Source: Bdellovibrionales bacterium
GTDB taxonomy: Bacteria; Bdellovibrionota; Bdellovibrionia; Bdellovibrionales; UBA840
Reading direction: 5' to 3'
Assembly (NCBI GenBank): GCA_037969075.1
Contig: JBBKWS010000163.1
Span: 1 to 25,612 of the forward strand
DNA length: 25,612 bases
Below are positions 7,378-17,063 of the stretch, piece after piece (the stretch's first letter is position 1; every line of letters starts with the position of its first letter). The translations under genes were made by a program, and so were the position numbers. The notes under the pieces are model-generated. The model was given only the letters and a program-made list of their open reading frames with translations. It did not search any database and had not been told where the DNA came from.

Positions 7378-9756
7378 ATGAAAATGACATTTGAAAATTA
7401 CTTAAAGACGAAATTGCCGAATATTGCGATCACCTCAGCCAAGGTTGTACTTGAGCTAGTAGCAGAAGGGGGTACTGTACCTTTTATTGCTCGTTACCGA
7501 AAAGAGAAAACTGGTAACTTAGATGAGGTACAAATTCGCGGAGTCATCGAGCTACATGAAGCTTTTGAAGAAACTGGGAAGCGCCAAGAATTCATTTTAA
7601 AAGAAATCGAGACGCAAGGTAATTTAACAGCTGAATTAAAAGCGCGGATCACTAAAAGTTTTGATCTTGGTGAATTAGAAGAAATCTACCGACCATTTAA
7701 GAAAAAGAGAAAAACAAAAGCTACCGTTGCAAGAGAAGCGGGCATAGAGCCGCTGGCAGACTGGATTTGGGATATTGGTCAGGGTAAAATAAAAGACGCT
7801 ACTTCACTAGAAGTTAAGGCAAAAGAATTTCAAAATGTTCCGGCTAACTTTGTAACTTATGAGCAAGTCTTAAAAGGTGCGCAAGATATTGTTGTTGAGA
7901 GACTAACAAACAATGCAGAGTTAAGAGAAAAAGCAAAGAATGATCTGTGGGACAATGGACAGCTGATTAGTAATAAAACGAAAGACTTTAAAGCGAACTC
8001 GAAATACTCAATGTACGCTGAGTATAAAGAGCCAATTAAAAATCTAATTTCATCAAAAGCGTCTCACAGGTATTTAGCAGTACGTCGCGGCTGGCAAGAA
8101 TCAGAGCTAAGCACCAGCTTAGAGGGTAATACAGATCAAGTTATTCATGAATACGAAAAAGTGGCATTTAGTGTTGAAAATACACAGGCTACCCCTTTTT
8201 TAAAGCAAGCTGCGAAAATGGCTTACTCGGTGTATGTACAGCCATCAATTAGTAACGAAATTCATAAAGTATTAAAAGATACAGCAGATGATCAAGCAAT
8301 TACGGTTTTTGCCGAAAATGTTAAAAAACTATTAATGGCCTCACCTTACGGAGCAAAAACTGTTTTAGGGGTAGATCCAGGTCTGCGCACAGGTTGTAAA
8401 ATTGCATTAGTCGATAAGGGTGGACATCTTTTATCACATACGGTGCTTCATACGTTGGGTGACGGAGCCAAAGAAACTGCTAAAAAAATGCTTTCAGAGT
8501 TAACTGCCAAGATAGAAATTGAAGCTATAGCCGTTGGCAATGGAACTGCCGGTAGAGAAACTGAAATATTTTTTAAATCTGCGCTAAAAGAAATAAATAA
8601 AGAAGTGCCAGTAGTACTTGTTAATGAAAGTGGTGCATCGGTGTATTCAGCATCAGATGTGGCCCGTGAAGAGTTCCCTGATTTAGATCTAACAGTTAGG
8701 GGTGCAGTATCGATTGCTAGGCGCTTGCAGGATCCACTGGCAGAGCTTGTAAAAATTGATCCAAAAAGTATCGGTGTCGGCCAGTATCAACATGATGTTT
8801 TACAAACTAAACTAAAAAAGAATTTAGATCATGTGGTTGAATCTTGCGTGAACCAAGTTGGGGTTGATTTAAACACAGCTTCGTACTCTTTACTTGCATT
8901 CGTCGCCGGTGTTGGACCAGCATTAGCTAAAAATATCACTGAATATAGAAAAACTAACGGATTGTTTCAAGATAGAGATTCTTTATTAAAAGTATCTAGA
9001 TTCTCAAATAAAATCTATGAACAGTCAGCTGGTTTTTTACGCCTGCCGAATTCTAAAAATGCATTAGATAAAACGGGTATTCACCCAGAATCCTATGCAG
9101 CAGTTAGAGATATGTCTAAAGAATTAGGTGTTACCGTTACAGATTTGATGAGCGGAAATGCAAAAAGATTATTAGAGCTACGGAGTAAGTGGGCAAAAAT
9201 AGTTGGCGAGTTTACCTTTGACGATATTATTAAGGAACTAGAAAAGCCAGGTAGAGATCCACGGGGTTCTTTTATTCCAGTAGCATTTAGAGATGATATT
9301 TTTGAAATGAAAGACGTTACAGCAGGGATGATTTGTCCTGGGGTCGTAACTAACGTTACTAACTTTGGTGCTTTTGTTGATATTGGTGTTCATCAAGATG
9401 GTCTGGTACATATATCAGTACTAAGTGACAAGTTTGTCGAAGATCCTAAGACAGTAGTGAGTCCTGGGGACCATGTACAAGTGAAAGTTATAGCTATCGA
9501 TCAAGAGAAGAAGCAGATTTCGCTATCCATGAGAATGGATGAAGCGCCAGTAAGGGCTGAAAAACCTAAACGAGAAGAAGCGCCGAAGTTCAAACCTTCA
9601 GGTCGTGACCCTCGCAAAGATTTTAAGGCAAATGCAAGAAGTGATAAGCGACCTTCTAATAACAATAAAAATAATCCAGCTGCTAGAAAACAGGCGCCAT
9701 TGAACAACGCATTTGCAGCTCTTGGTGATCAGCTAAAGGGCATTAAGTTAAAGTAA
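7378..9756 (+). CDS. tex: Tex family RNA-binding transcriptional accessory protein
   Basis: TVPFIARYRKEKTG, YqgF-like GVDPGLRTGCK, ARRLQDPLAELVKIDPKSIGVGQYQHD, HhH region and S1 domain (FGAFVDIGVHQDGLVHIS). Start is at ATG 7378 or 7384. Confidence 0.96.
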   Translation: MKMTFENYLKTKLPNIAITSAKVVLELVAEGGTVPFIARYRKEKTGNLDEVQIRGVIELHEAFEETGKRQEFILKEIETQGNLTAELKARITKSFDLGELEEIYRPFKKKRKTKATVAREAGIEPLADWIWDIGQGKIKDATSLEVKAKEFQNVPANFVTYEQVLKGAQDIVVERLTNNAELREKAKNDLWDNGQLISNKTKDFKANSKYSMYAEYKEPIKNLISSKASHRYLAVRRGWQESELSTSLEGNTDQVIHEYEKVAFSVENTQATPFLKQAAKMAYSVYVQPSISNEIHKVLKDTADDQAITVFAENVKKLLMASPYGAKTVLGVDPGLRTGCKIALVDKGGHLLSHTVLHTLGDGAKETAKKMLSELTAKIEIEAIAVGNGTAGRETEIFFKSALKEINKEVPVVLVNESGASVYSASDVAREEFPDLDLTVRGAVSIARRLQDPLAELVKIDPKSIGVGQYQHDVLQTKLKKNLDHVVESCVNQVGVDLNTASYSLLAFVAGVGPALAKNITEYRKTNGLFQDRDSLLKVSRFSNKIYEQSAGFLRLPNSKNALDKTGIHPESYAAVRDMSKELGVTVTDLMSGNAKRLLELRSKWAKIVGEFTFDDIIKELEKPGRDPRGSFIPVAFRDDIFEMKDVTAGMICPGVVTNVTNFGAFVDIGVHQDGLVHISVLSDKFVEDPKTVVSPGDHVQVKVIAIDQEKKQISLSMRMDEAPVRAEKPKREEAPKFKPSGRDPRKDFKANARSDKRPSNNNKNNPAARKQAPLNNAFAALGDQLKGIKLK

Positions 9757-10525
9757 GCAGGTGATTTACCATTTCACTAAAGCCTTGCCCCCCTGGTTTT
9801 GAACAAACATATTGGGGGAGATGCTTTAGGTCTCCAATAAATTTTTTAATATTAGCTACTGCTACCGAATTTTGAAAAGCTTCAAACATTGGTTCATCGT
9901 TTGGGGAATCGCCACAAAATAAAAGTTGTTTTTGTGCCTGCTCTAAATCTAGATTGAACTCATCTTTTAGATATACCTTTACCATTTTTAATTTATCGTA
10001 ATCGCCAAACCAACCGTTCACATGTATTGAACTAATTTTTGCCTGCGCCCCGTGGGCTGTAAATATTTTTACTATTTCTTGCACTGACTCTTTATCCAAA
10101 GGCTTAACATCTTCGCAAAAATCTATGGCTAAATCCATAAGTCTTGTGAATTGATCAGAGGCAATGTCGGCATCAGGTACTTTTTGAAGGATTTCTCTTT
10201 GAATAATATCTAATTTTTTTCGATTTTTAGTTTGTTCGCTTTGATCAAAATAAAAGTGGCGTTTCATTTGCTTTTTTTTGCGGTCATATTTAAAATAAAA
10301 CCCACCATTTTCTCCAATTACTCCATCGACTGGCCACATCCGAGCAATCATCTCACACCAGCCGGCGGGTCTGCCGGTAACAGGTACTATTTTAATATTG
10401 TGCTCAAATAATTTCCACATAGAGCCATAGCTCTCTGCGTGGAGTTGGCCATCATCTGTGATGGTATCATCAATATCCGTGAAAATAATATTGGGTTTAT
10501 TTTTTAAGTCTTCAATTTTTCTCAT
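9743..10525 (-). CDS. HAD-superfamily hydrolase, subfamily IIB
   Basis: Motif I FTDIDDTIT, motif II VTGR, motif III K, motif IV GDSPND. Overlaps the 3' end of tex convergently by 14 bp. Confidence 0.9.
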   Translation of the reverse strand: MRKIEDLKNKPNIIFTDIDDTITDDGQLHAESYGSMWKLFEHNIKIVPVTGRPAGWCEMIARMWPVDGVIGENGGFYFKYDRKKKQMKRHFYFDQSEQTKNRKKLDIIQREILQKVPDADIASDQFTRLMDLAIDFCEDVKPLDKESVQEIVKIFTAHGAQAKISSIHVNGWFGDYDKLKMVKVYLKDEFNLDLEQAQKQLLFCGDSPNDEPMFEAFQNSVAVANIKKFIGDLKHLPQYVCSKPGGQGFSEMVNHLLTLT

Positions 10526-10655
10526 TAAAACTCACTTGCAGTTTATCTAAACTAAGCATAAGTTGAAAATCTGGGTATTGCAATGAGTCGGATTTTCTAT
10601 TTGCCATAAAGTGCTACGACTCTCATCCTTATACATACAACAAGTTGAGGCATAA

Positions 10656-13343
10656 ATGAGTAAGGCATCGAAATCACTAGTTATTGTTGAGTCTCCAACG
10701 AAGGCAAAAACAATACGGAAGTTTTTAGGCAAAAACTATATGGTCGAATCTTGTATGGGTCATATAAGGGATTTACCTCAATCGGCTAAAGATATTCCAG
10801 AAAAGTTTAAAAAAGAGAAGTGGGCAAGTCTTGGAGTAAATCCTGATAAAGATTTTGCGCCGATTTATTGTATTCCAAAAAATAAAACTAAAATTGTAAG
10901 TGAACTAAAAAAGAAATTAAAGGATGCGGATGAGTTGATCCTCGCAACCGATGAAGATCGTGAAGGGGAGAGTATTTCTTGGCATTTATTAGAAGTATTA
11001 AATCCGCAAGTGCCTGTAAAACGCATGGTGTTTCATGAGATTACAAAGCCGGCGATCGAAAAAGCATTAAAAAACTTTAGAGATATTGATAAAAATTTAG
11101 TTAAAGCGCAAGAAGCTAGGCGTATTTTGGATCGCTTGGTTGGATATACTATTTCTCCATTGGTTTGGAAGAAAATTGCATACGGATTATCTGCTGGGCG
11201 TGTGCAATCAGTGGCTGTAAAATTAATTTCTGAAAAAGAAATGCAAAGGCTTGTATTTAAGCGTTCAAGTTATTGGGATTTATCTGCAAAGTTGAAAAAA
11301 GGTACACAAGAGTTTGATGCAAAAATTCAAATCACTTCAGGTAAGCGTGTAGCACAAGGTAAAGACTTTGATGGCACAACGGGCGATCTATTAAAAGATA
11401 AAAAAGCAGATGTGATATTGCTAGATCAAAAGCAAGCTGAAAAATTAGCTAAGGACTTGGGAACAGAGGCTTGGAAAGTAACTGAAGTTGAAGAAAGTCC
11501 GTTTACAAGAAAGCCGTACCCACCATTTATTACTTCTAGTTTACAACAAGATGCTGGTAGAAAATTGAACCTTGGTGCAAGAGATACAATGCGTGCAGCT
11601 CAGTCGTTGTATGAAAAAGGTTTTATTACCTATATGCGTACTGACTCTACATTTTTATCTCAACAAGCTATTGATGCAGCAAGGGACAGTATTAAAAGTT
11701 TGTATGGCAAAGACTATATGCCAAAAGAGCCAAGACTATATAATGCTAAAAAATCCAAAGGGGCACAAGAAGCCCATGAAGCGATTCGTCCATCAGGCGA
11801 TGTTTGGGCAACGCCTGACGACACGGGCTTAAAAGATGTTGAGTTTAAATTATACGATCTAATTTGGAAGAGAACTATGGCTTCACAAATGTCGGATGCA
11901 AAACAAACTCGGGTGGGTGTTAAAATTGAAGCGGGGAAATCTATATTTTCTGCAAGCGGGATGACTATCGAATTTCCTGGTTTTTTAAGAGCTTATGTAG
12001 AAGGTAGTGATGATGCTGATGTGGCCCTAGAGAACCGAGAAGTTAACTTACCGAAAATGACTAAGGGTGATTCTTTAAAATGTGATGGTGTAAGTGCCAA
12101 AGACCATGAAACTAAACCTCCTGCGAGATTTACCGAAGCAAGTTTGATTCAAATGATGGAAAAAGAAGGAATTGGCAGACCGTCAACGTACGCACCAACT
12201 ATCGCTACGATTCAAGAAAGGGGCTATGTTAGAAAAGATGGAAACGCTTTAGTTCCAACTTTTACTGCGTTGGTTCTTAGTAAGTTATTGTCTCGTTATT
12301 TTCCTGAATATGTGGATACAAGTTTTACTTCTGCTATGGAGCAATCATTAGATGAAGTTGCTGATGGGGATTTAGATTCGATCGAATATTTAGGTAAGAT
12401 TTATTTAGGAAAAACAGGCCTTCGTGCACTAGTAGAGAAACAAGAAAAAAATATTGATGCTGATGAAGCAAGATCCATAGAGTTTGAAAATTTATCAAAA
12501 TACTCAATTCGTGTTGGCAGATACGGTGCTTATGTTTGTCGCCCAGATGGTGAAGAAGAGGTTTGTGCCTCTCTCCCAGATGCGCTGGCTCCGGCTGACA
12601 TGACAGCTGAGGCCATTGAAAAACTGATCGATCAAAAAATCAATGGAGCCGATGCTCTTTGTAAGGATGAAAAATCAGGTCTTCCTATTTATGTTTTAAG
12701 TGGAAGATTTGGACCTTATGTTCAGTTGGGTGATGTAAATAGTGATGATGCCAAACCAAAACGGGTGTCAATTCCTGCAACGATTAAACCAGAAGAAGTG
12801 ACTCCTGATATAGCGAAGTTTTTGATTTCTCTTCCTAAGGTTTTAGGTCAGAATCCTGACTCTAAAAAAGATGTATCAATTGGCCTTGGTAGATTTGGCC
12901 CATTCGTATTACATGATGGCGACTTTAGATCTATCACTAAAGCTTATAGTTTATTTACGATTACTTTCGAAGAGACTCTTGAAATTTTAAGTCAGCCTAA
13001 AAAAGGTCGTGGAACTGTAAAGGTGATTAAAGAGCTTGGTAAAGATCCAAGTGGTACAACCGATATTCAAGTTTTAGATGGTAAGTATGGTCCTTATATA
13101 AAATGGGGCAAAAAGAATGTATCAATCCCCGAGAACAAAAAAGCCGAGGACATTGAAGCTAAAGAGGCTTGGACTTTAATCACTGACAAGTTTGGTCCTG
13201 ATGTAACTAGCGGTGATAAGCCGAAAAAGAAAGCCGCTAAAAAGACAGCTAAAAAAGCAAAGAAAGTAGTAAAAGCTGACATTGAAGAAGCGCCGACTAA
13301 AACTGCTAAAAAGAAAATAGTGACACGTAAAAAGAAGTCCTAA
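10656..13343 (+). CDS. topA: DNA topoisomerase I (type IA) with C-terminal GRxGPY-type repeats and a Lys-rich tail
   Basis: TOPRIM motifs LVIVESPTKAK and ATDEDREGE, SAGRVQS, catalytic GFITYMRTDS, AHEAIRP and GIGRPSTYA. Confidence 0.98.
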   Translation: MSKASKSLVIVESPTKAKTIRKFLGKNYMVESCMGHIRDLPQSAKDIPEKFKKEKWASLGVNPDKDFAPIYCIPKNKTKIVSELKKKLKDADELILATDEDREGESISWHLLEVLNPQVPVKRMVFHEITKPAIEKALKNFRDIDKNLVKAQEARRILDRLVGYTISPLVWKKIAYGLSAGRVQSVAVKLISEKEMQRLVFKRSSYWDLSAKLKKGTQEFDAKIQITSGKRVAQGKDFDGTTGDLLKDKKADVILLDQKQAEKLAKDLGTEAWKVTEVEESPFTRKPYPPFITSSLQQDAGRKLNLGARDTMRAAQSLYEKGFITYMRTDSTFLSQQAIDAARDSIKSLYGKDYMPKEPRLYNAKKSKGAQEAHEAIRPSGDVWATPDDTGLKDVEFKLYDLIWKRTMASQMSDAKQTRVGVKIEAGKSIFSASGMTIEFPGFLRAYVEGSDDADVALENREVNLPKMTKGDSLKCDGVSAKDHETKPPARFTEASLIQMMEKEGIGRPSTYAPTIATIQERGYVRKDGNALVPTFTALVLSKLLSRYFPEYVDTSFTSAMEQSLDEVADGDLDSIEYLGKIYLGKTGLRALVEKQEKNIDADEARSIEFENLSKYSIRVGRYGAYVCRPDGEEEVCASLPDALAPADMTAEAIEKLIDQKINGADALCKDEKSGLPIYVLSGRFGPYVQLGDVNSDDAKPKRVSIPATIKPEEVTPDIAKFLISLPKVLGQNPDSKKDVSIGLGRFGPFVLHDGDFRSITKAYSLFTITFEETLEILSQPKKGRGTVKVIKELGKDPSGTTDIQVLDGKYGPYIKWGKKNVSIPENKKAEDIEAKEAWTLITDKFGPDVTSGDKPKKKAAKKTAKKAKKVVKADIEEAPTKTAKKKIVTRKKKS

Positions 13344-13354
13344 AAAGTATATAA

Positions 13355-13912
13355 ATGCACATAAGAAAGATAATAAAAGAAGATCAATCGTATTTTTTAG
13401 AAGCGATTGATCTTTTAAATCGTACGCAGGGGCGAGATCTTTGTGGTCCTACATTTTTAATGGACTTGATGGACCGAGAGGATGCCTTTGTTGTTGCGGC
13501 CTTTGAAGATAAAGACCTTATAGGTATTGCCACAGCTAAAATCATTGATAACTATGATTATTATCTGCCATTTAACACTAAAATTAATGAAGACTTTAAA
13601 AATCTAAAAGTAGGTTCATTTGCCACCATGTCTGTGGTTGAAGGTATGCAAGGAAAGGGCATTGGCCAGGCGTTGAGTTGCAAGCGACTAGAATGGCTTC
13701 GGGAAAAGGGCTGTGATGTTGTTGTTGGAGTTTCATGGGTGAGTGGGCTGGCCCACACGTCAAATAGGGCATTTGAGAAATTAGGGTTTAAGTCAGTAAA
13801 GTTAGTTGAAAAATTCTATGGACCTTCTAGTGTAGAAAGTCCTTTTGTATGCCCTGGTTGCGGGGAGCCGCCGTGTGAATGTTCGGCGGTTATGTATATT
13901 CTAAATTTATGA
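13355..13912 (+). CDS. GNAT family N-acetyltransferase with a C-terminal Cys cluster
   Basis: Acetyl-CoA loop VVEGMQGKGIGQAL, AFEKLGF and CPGCGEPPCEC. Confidence 0.85.
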   Translation: MHIRKIIKEDQSYFLEAIDLLNRTQGRDLCGPTFLMDLMDREDAFVVAAFEDKDLIGIATAKIIDNYDYYLPFNTKINEDFKNLKVGSFATMSVVEGMQGKGIGQALSCKRLEWLREKGCDVVVGVSWVSGLAHTSNRAFEKLGFKSVKLVEKFYGPSSVESPFVCPGCGEPPCECSAVMYILNL

Positions 13913-14002
13913 GCTTCAAACGAAGGGCATATTTGGCGTATTTTTTACAATTCAGCCAAGAGTCCTTGCTATTTTTCGCTCTGATGAGCATCTTTTTTAG
14001 GC

Positions 14003-14929
14003 ATGCTAAAGTACGTACTTAAACGGCAAAAAATCAAGTCCCTCAGTCAGCTAGAGTTAGGTTTAGAAAGACCTATTGAGCTCGACAGGAACCATATTTA
14101 TGGTGGCAGAAGCTTCTATTTTTTTGATTTTGACGACAATGTAGCTTTCTTACCAACTCCTATGTTTATCTTTCATAAGAACAGCAAAAAGGCTGTTGAG
14201 GTCTCCACAGCCGAATGGTCTATGCACCATGGTCGCCTAGGTAAATCAGGCCCATACAGAGACTATACGATTAATATGGATGAGAATAATGGGAGCTATA
14301 AGCGCTTTCGTGATGAAAAATTTAACTTTATTGAAAAATACATTCTAGGTAAAAAACAGCCATTTGTTGAAGATGTACTTAGAGCGCTACGAACACCAGA
14401 TTTAAATTGGAAGGGCCCTTCCTGGGATTGCTTTTATCACGCAGTTTATAATCAAAGGCCAATCTCGATCATAACTGCTCGAGGACATTCTAAGCAGACA
14501 ATCATTGATGGTATTAATGTCTTGGTAGAGTTTGGTTTTTTACCACACCCACCCAATTATCTAGATGTGTATCCGGTAAGTAGTCCAGATGTAAAAAAAG
14601 AGTTGGGTGATGTAAAGCTAGAGATGACAGTACCGGAATTGAAAAAAGCAGCCATTCGTGCCTCTGTTGAAAAAGCATTGATGCGCTATGGAGCTAGAGC
14701 GCCACACCGGTTTGGGATGTCTGACGATGACAAAAAGAATTTAGCTTTAATTTTTGATGAGATGAAGCTTCTAAAAAAAGATTATCCAGGAATGTCATTT
14801 TTTGTGATCAACACGAGCGGCTCATCATACGTCAAGAAAGAAGTCCAGATTATGGCAAATAACGATATGCATTCTGGTCCTGCTCATATTAAACCTAAGC
14901 AGTTGAGTCTGTTTGATGTGCAAATCTAG
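14003..14929 (+). CDS. HAD-like hypothetical phosphatase with a C-terminal QLSLF motif
   Basis: FFDFDDN (DxD), IITARGH and GMSDDD correspond to HAD motifs I, II and IV. Confidence 0.7.
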   Translation: MLKYVLKRQKIKSLSQLELGLERPIELDRNHIYGGRSFYFFDFDDNVAFLPTPMFIFHKNSKKAVEVSTAEWSMHHGRLGKSGPYRDYTINMDENNGSYKRFRDEKFNFIEKYILGKKQPFVEDVLRALRTPDLNWKGPSWDCFYHAVYNQRPISIITARGHSKQTIIDGINVLVEFGFLPHPPNYLDVYPVSSPDVKKELGDVKLEMTVPELKKAAIRASVEKALMRYGARAPHRFGMSDDDKKNLALIFDEMKLLKKDYPGMSFFVINTSGSSYVKKEVQIMANNDMHSGPAHIKPKQLSLFDVQI

Positions 14930-14960
14930 TCCAATTTTATTAAAAAATACTTACTAAAAA

Positions 14961-14989
14961 CTGACATTTATATATTTCCCTTTTATTCT
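14961..14989 (+). promoter_or_regulatory. Candidate sigma70 promoter of prc
   Basis: CTGACA-N17-TATTCT upstream of an AAAAGGGG RBS and ATG 15014. Confidence 0.35.
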
Positions 14990-15013
14990 AGTAAACATTG
15001 AAAAGGGGCTATT

Positions 15014-16990
15014 ATGAAATGGTTTTTTCTTGCATTAGTTTTAAGTTTAACAACAGTGGCGCAAGCGCAAGAGTGTCAGCATATTCAACCCATTATGCAA
15101 AAGCTAATGGCGAATCATACAAGTCAAAATACTTACAATCAAACTTTAGAGAACCGAGTGATTGATCAGTATATTAAAAGTTTAGATGGTGGGAAGTTAT
15201 ATTTGCAGGCGGATGATATTGCCCTAATCCGCAAAAAATTGACAGGTAGTTATGCGAGCTTGAGAAAACGGGATTGTAAATTTTTGGTTGAGATACAGGC
15301 TGTTTTTCAAAAACGAATTGAAGAGCGCGCTACATTTGCCGAAAGTTTTTTAAAGACTCTAAAAGAAATTGATAAAACCGTAGAAGTAAATCTTGATCCA
15401 AAAGCAAGAGAGTATCCAAAGAATTCAGCTGAAGCTGAAGCGTTTCAAAAGAAGCACCTACAACTACAATTAGCAAATATATTGATAACTGATGTAAAGT
15501 TAGACGAAGCGAAAGAGATGCTAAACCGTCGGTATACTAGAGCTATTAAATTCTCGAAGGATAAAAGTGGTGAGGAGCTATACTCTAACTATCTTGAGTC
15601 CTTTGCACATTCTTTAGACCCACATACGTCATATTTTTCTAAAAAAATGTCTGAGGACTTCAGGATCAATATGTCATTATCTCTTGAGGGCATTGGCGCC
15701 ACTCTTAGTTCTGAAGATGGGTTCACTGTGATTCAGCAACTAGTGCCTGGGGGAGCTGCAGCAAAATCTGGTCAGCTAACGAGCCAAGATAAGATTATGG
15801 CAGTAGCGCAAGATGGAGATAAGAAATTTGAACCAGTTTATGACATGGATTTGAGTGATGTAGTTAGGTTGATCCGTGGGCCGAAAGGGACAAAAGTTAA
15901 CTTAAAAGTTCTCAGAAAAGAGGGAGCGAAAACTAAGAATTTTGAAGTGCTTCTTACGCGTGAAAAAATTAATTTAGAAGATGAAGCTGCTCAGATTACG
16001 TATATGGATAAAAAAGTTGGCAAAGTAACGAAGAAAATTGCAGTGTTAACTCTTCCATCATTTTATGCAGATGGAACAATAGGGGGCAGAACATCTGCTA
16101 AGGATGTAAGAAAACTTCTTATTGAGGCCTCTAAGAAAAAAGTTGATAGCTTAGTGTTAGATTTGGCAAATAACGGTGGTGGTAGTCTTGATGACGCTGT
16201 TAAAATTGCGGGGATGTTTTTTAAAACAGGCAATGTGGTTTCACATCAAGACACGAGGCTAGCAGATATAGACCCTACGGTGTATTTTCCAGGACCTATG
16301 GTTGTGTTGATTAACCGTTTAAGTGCATCTGCGTCTGAAATTGTTTCTGGTGCATTAAAAGATTATAAACGCGCTATTATTGTTGGGGGCGACCATACTT
16401 TTGGTAAAGGGTCGGTACAACAAGTGCAGCAGTTGTCGCAAGAATTAGGAGCTATCAAGTTTACGGTAGGTTTGTTCTATCTTCCGGGTGGAAAATCTAC
16501 GCAACATGCAGGAGTTAATTCTGATGTGGTTTTTCCGAGTGTTCTTAGTCTTGATGATTTTGGGGAGAAAAGTTTAGATTATTCTCTTCCTCCAGATTCT
16601 GTACCTAATTTTATTTCTAAAACAGCTTATGAAAATGAAGGTTCTGGTCGTTGGAGTCCAATCACTGATGAAGTGGTGGGGGCGCTTAAGAAAAAGTCAG
16701 AAGCTAGAATCGCTGCTAATAAAGATTTTCAAAAGATTGTAAAAGATGTTTCTGAGCAGAAGGATAAGAAACTCATTAAGATAGCAGATATTTTCAATGA
16801 AAAAGACTCTGAAGATAACAAAAAACGTGAAAAATTTAAAACTATGTCACGTGAAGAAAGGCGTAAAGAATATTTAGACAGCGCCGAAGTGCAAGAAGCT
16901 GTGAATGTAGCACTGGATCTAGCTAAAGAAATATCTGTGGTCTATGCGGCAGGTAGTTCTAAGGGACAGGACAAAAATCTAGCTAACTAG
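15014..16990 (+). CDS. prc: Carboxy-terminal processing protease (S41A, Prc/Tsp)
   Basis: Signal peptide, LDPHTSY, PDZ domain (LEGIGATL), DLANNGGGSL, catalytic SASASEI and TFGKG, and a C-terminal DUF3340-like helical region. Confidence 0.93.
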   Translation: MKWFFLALVLSLTTVAQAQECQHIQPIMQKLMANHTSQNTYNQTLENRVIDQYIKSLDGGKLYLQADDIALIRKKLTGSYASLRKRDCKFLVEIQAVFQKRIEERATFAESFLKTLKEIDKTVEVNLDPKAREYPKNSAEAEAFQKKHLQLQLANILITDVKLDEAKEMLNRRYTRAIKFSKDKSGEELYSNYLESFAHSLDPHTSYFSKKMSEDFRINMSLSLEGIGATLSSEDGFTVIQQLVPGGAAAKSGQLTSQDKIMAVAQDGDKKFEPVYDMDLSDVVRLIRGPKGTKVNLKVLRKEGAKTKNFEVLLTREKINLEDEAAQITYMDKKVGKVTKKIAVLTLPSFYADGTIGGRTSAKDVRKLLIEASKKKVDSLVLDLANNGGGSLDDAVKIAGMFFKTGNVVSHQDTRLADIDPTVYFPGPMVVLINRLSASASEIVSGALKDYKRAIIVGGDHTFGKGSVQQVQQLSQELGAIKFTVGLFYLPGGKSTQHAGVNSDVVFPSVLSLDDFGEKSLDYSLPPDSVPNFISKTAYENEGSGRWSPITDEVVGALKKKSEARIAANKDFQKIVKDVSEQKDKKLIKIADIFNEKDSEDNKKREKFKTMSREERRKEYLDSAEVQEAVNVALDLAKEISVVYAAGSSKGQDKNLAN

Positions 16991-17063
16991 TGTACAAGTC
17001 CAGTTATTCTTATAATTCTTAAATTCAATACAGAATGTACCGATCAATTGATTGGTACAAATT

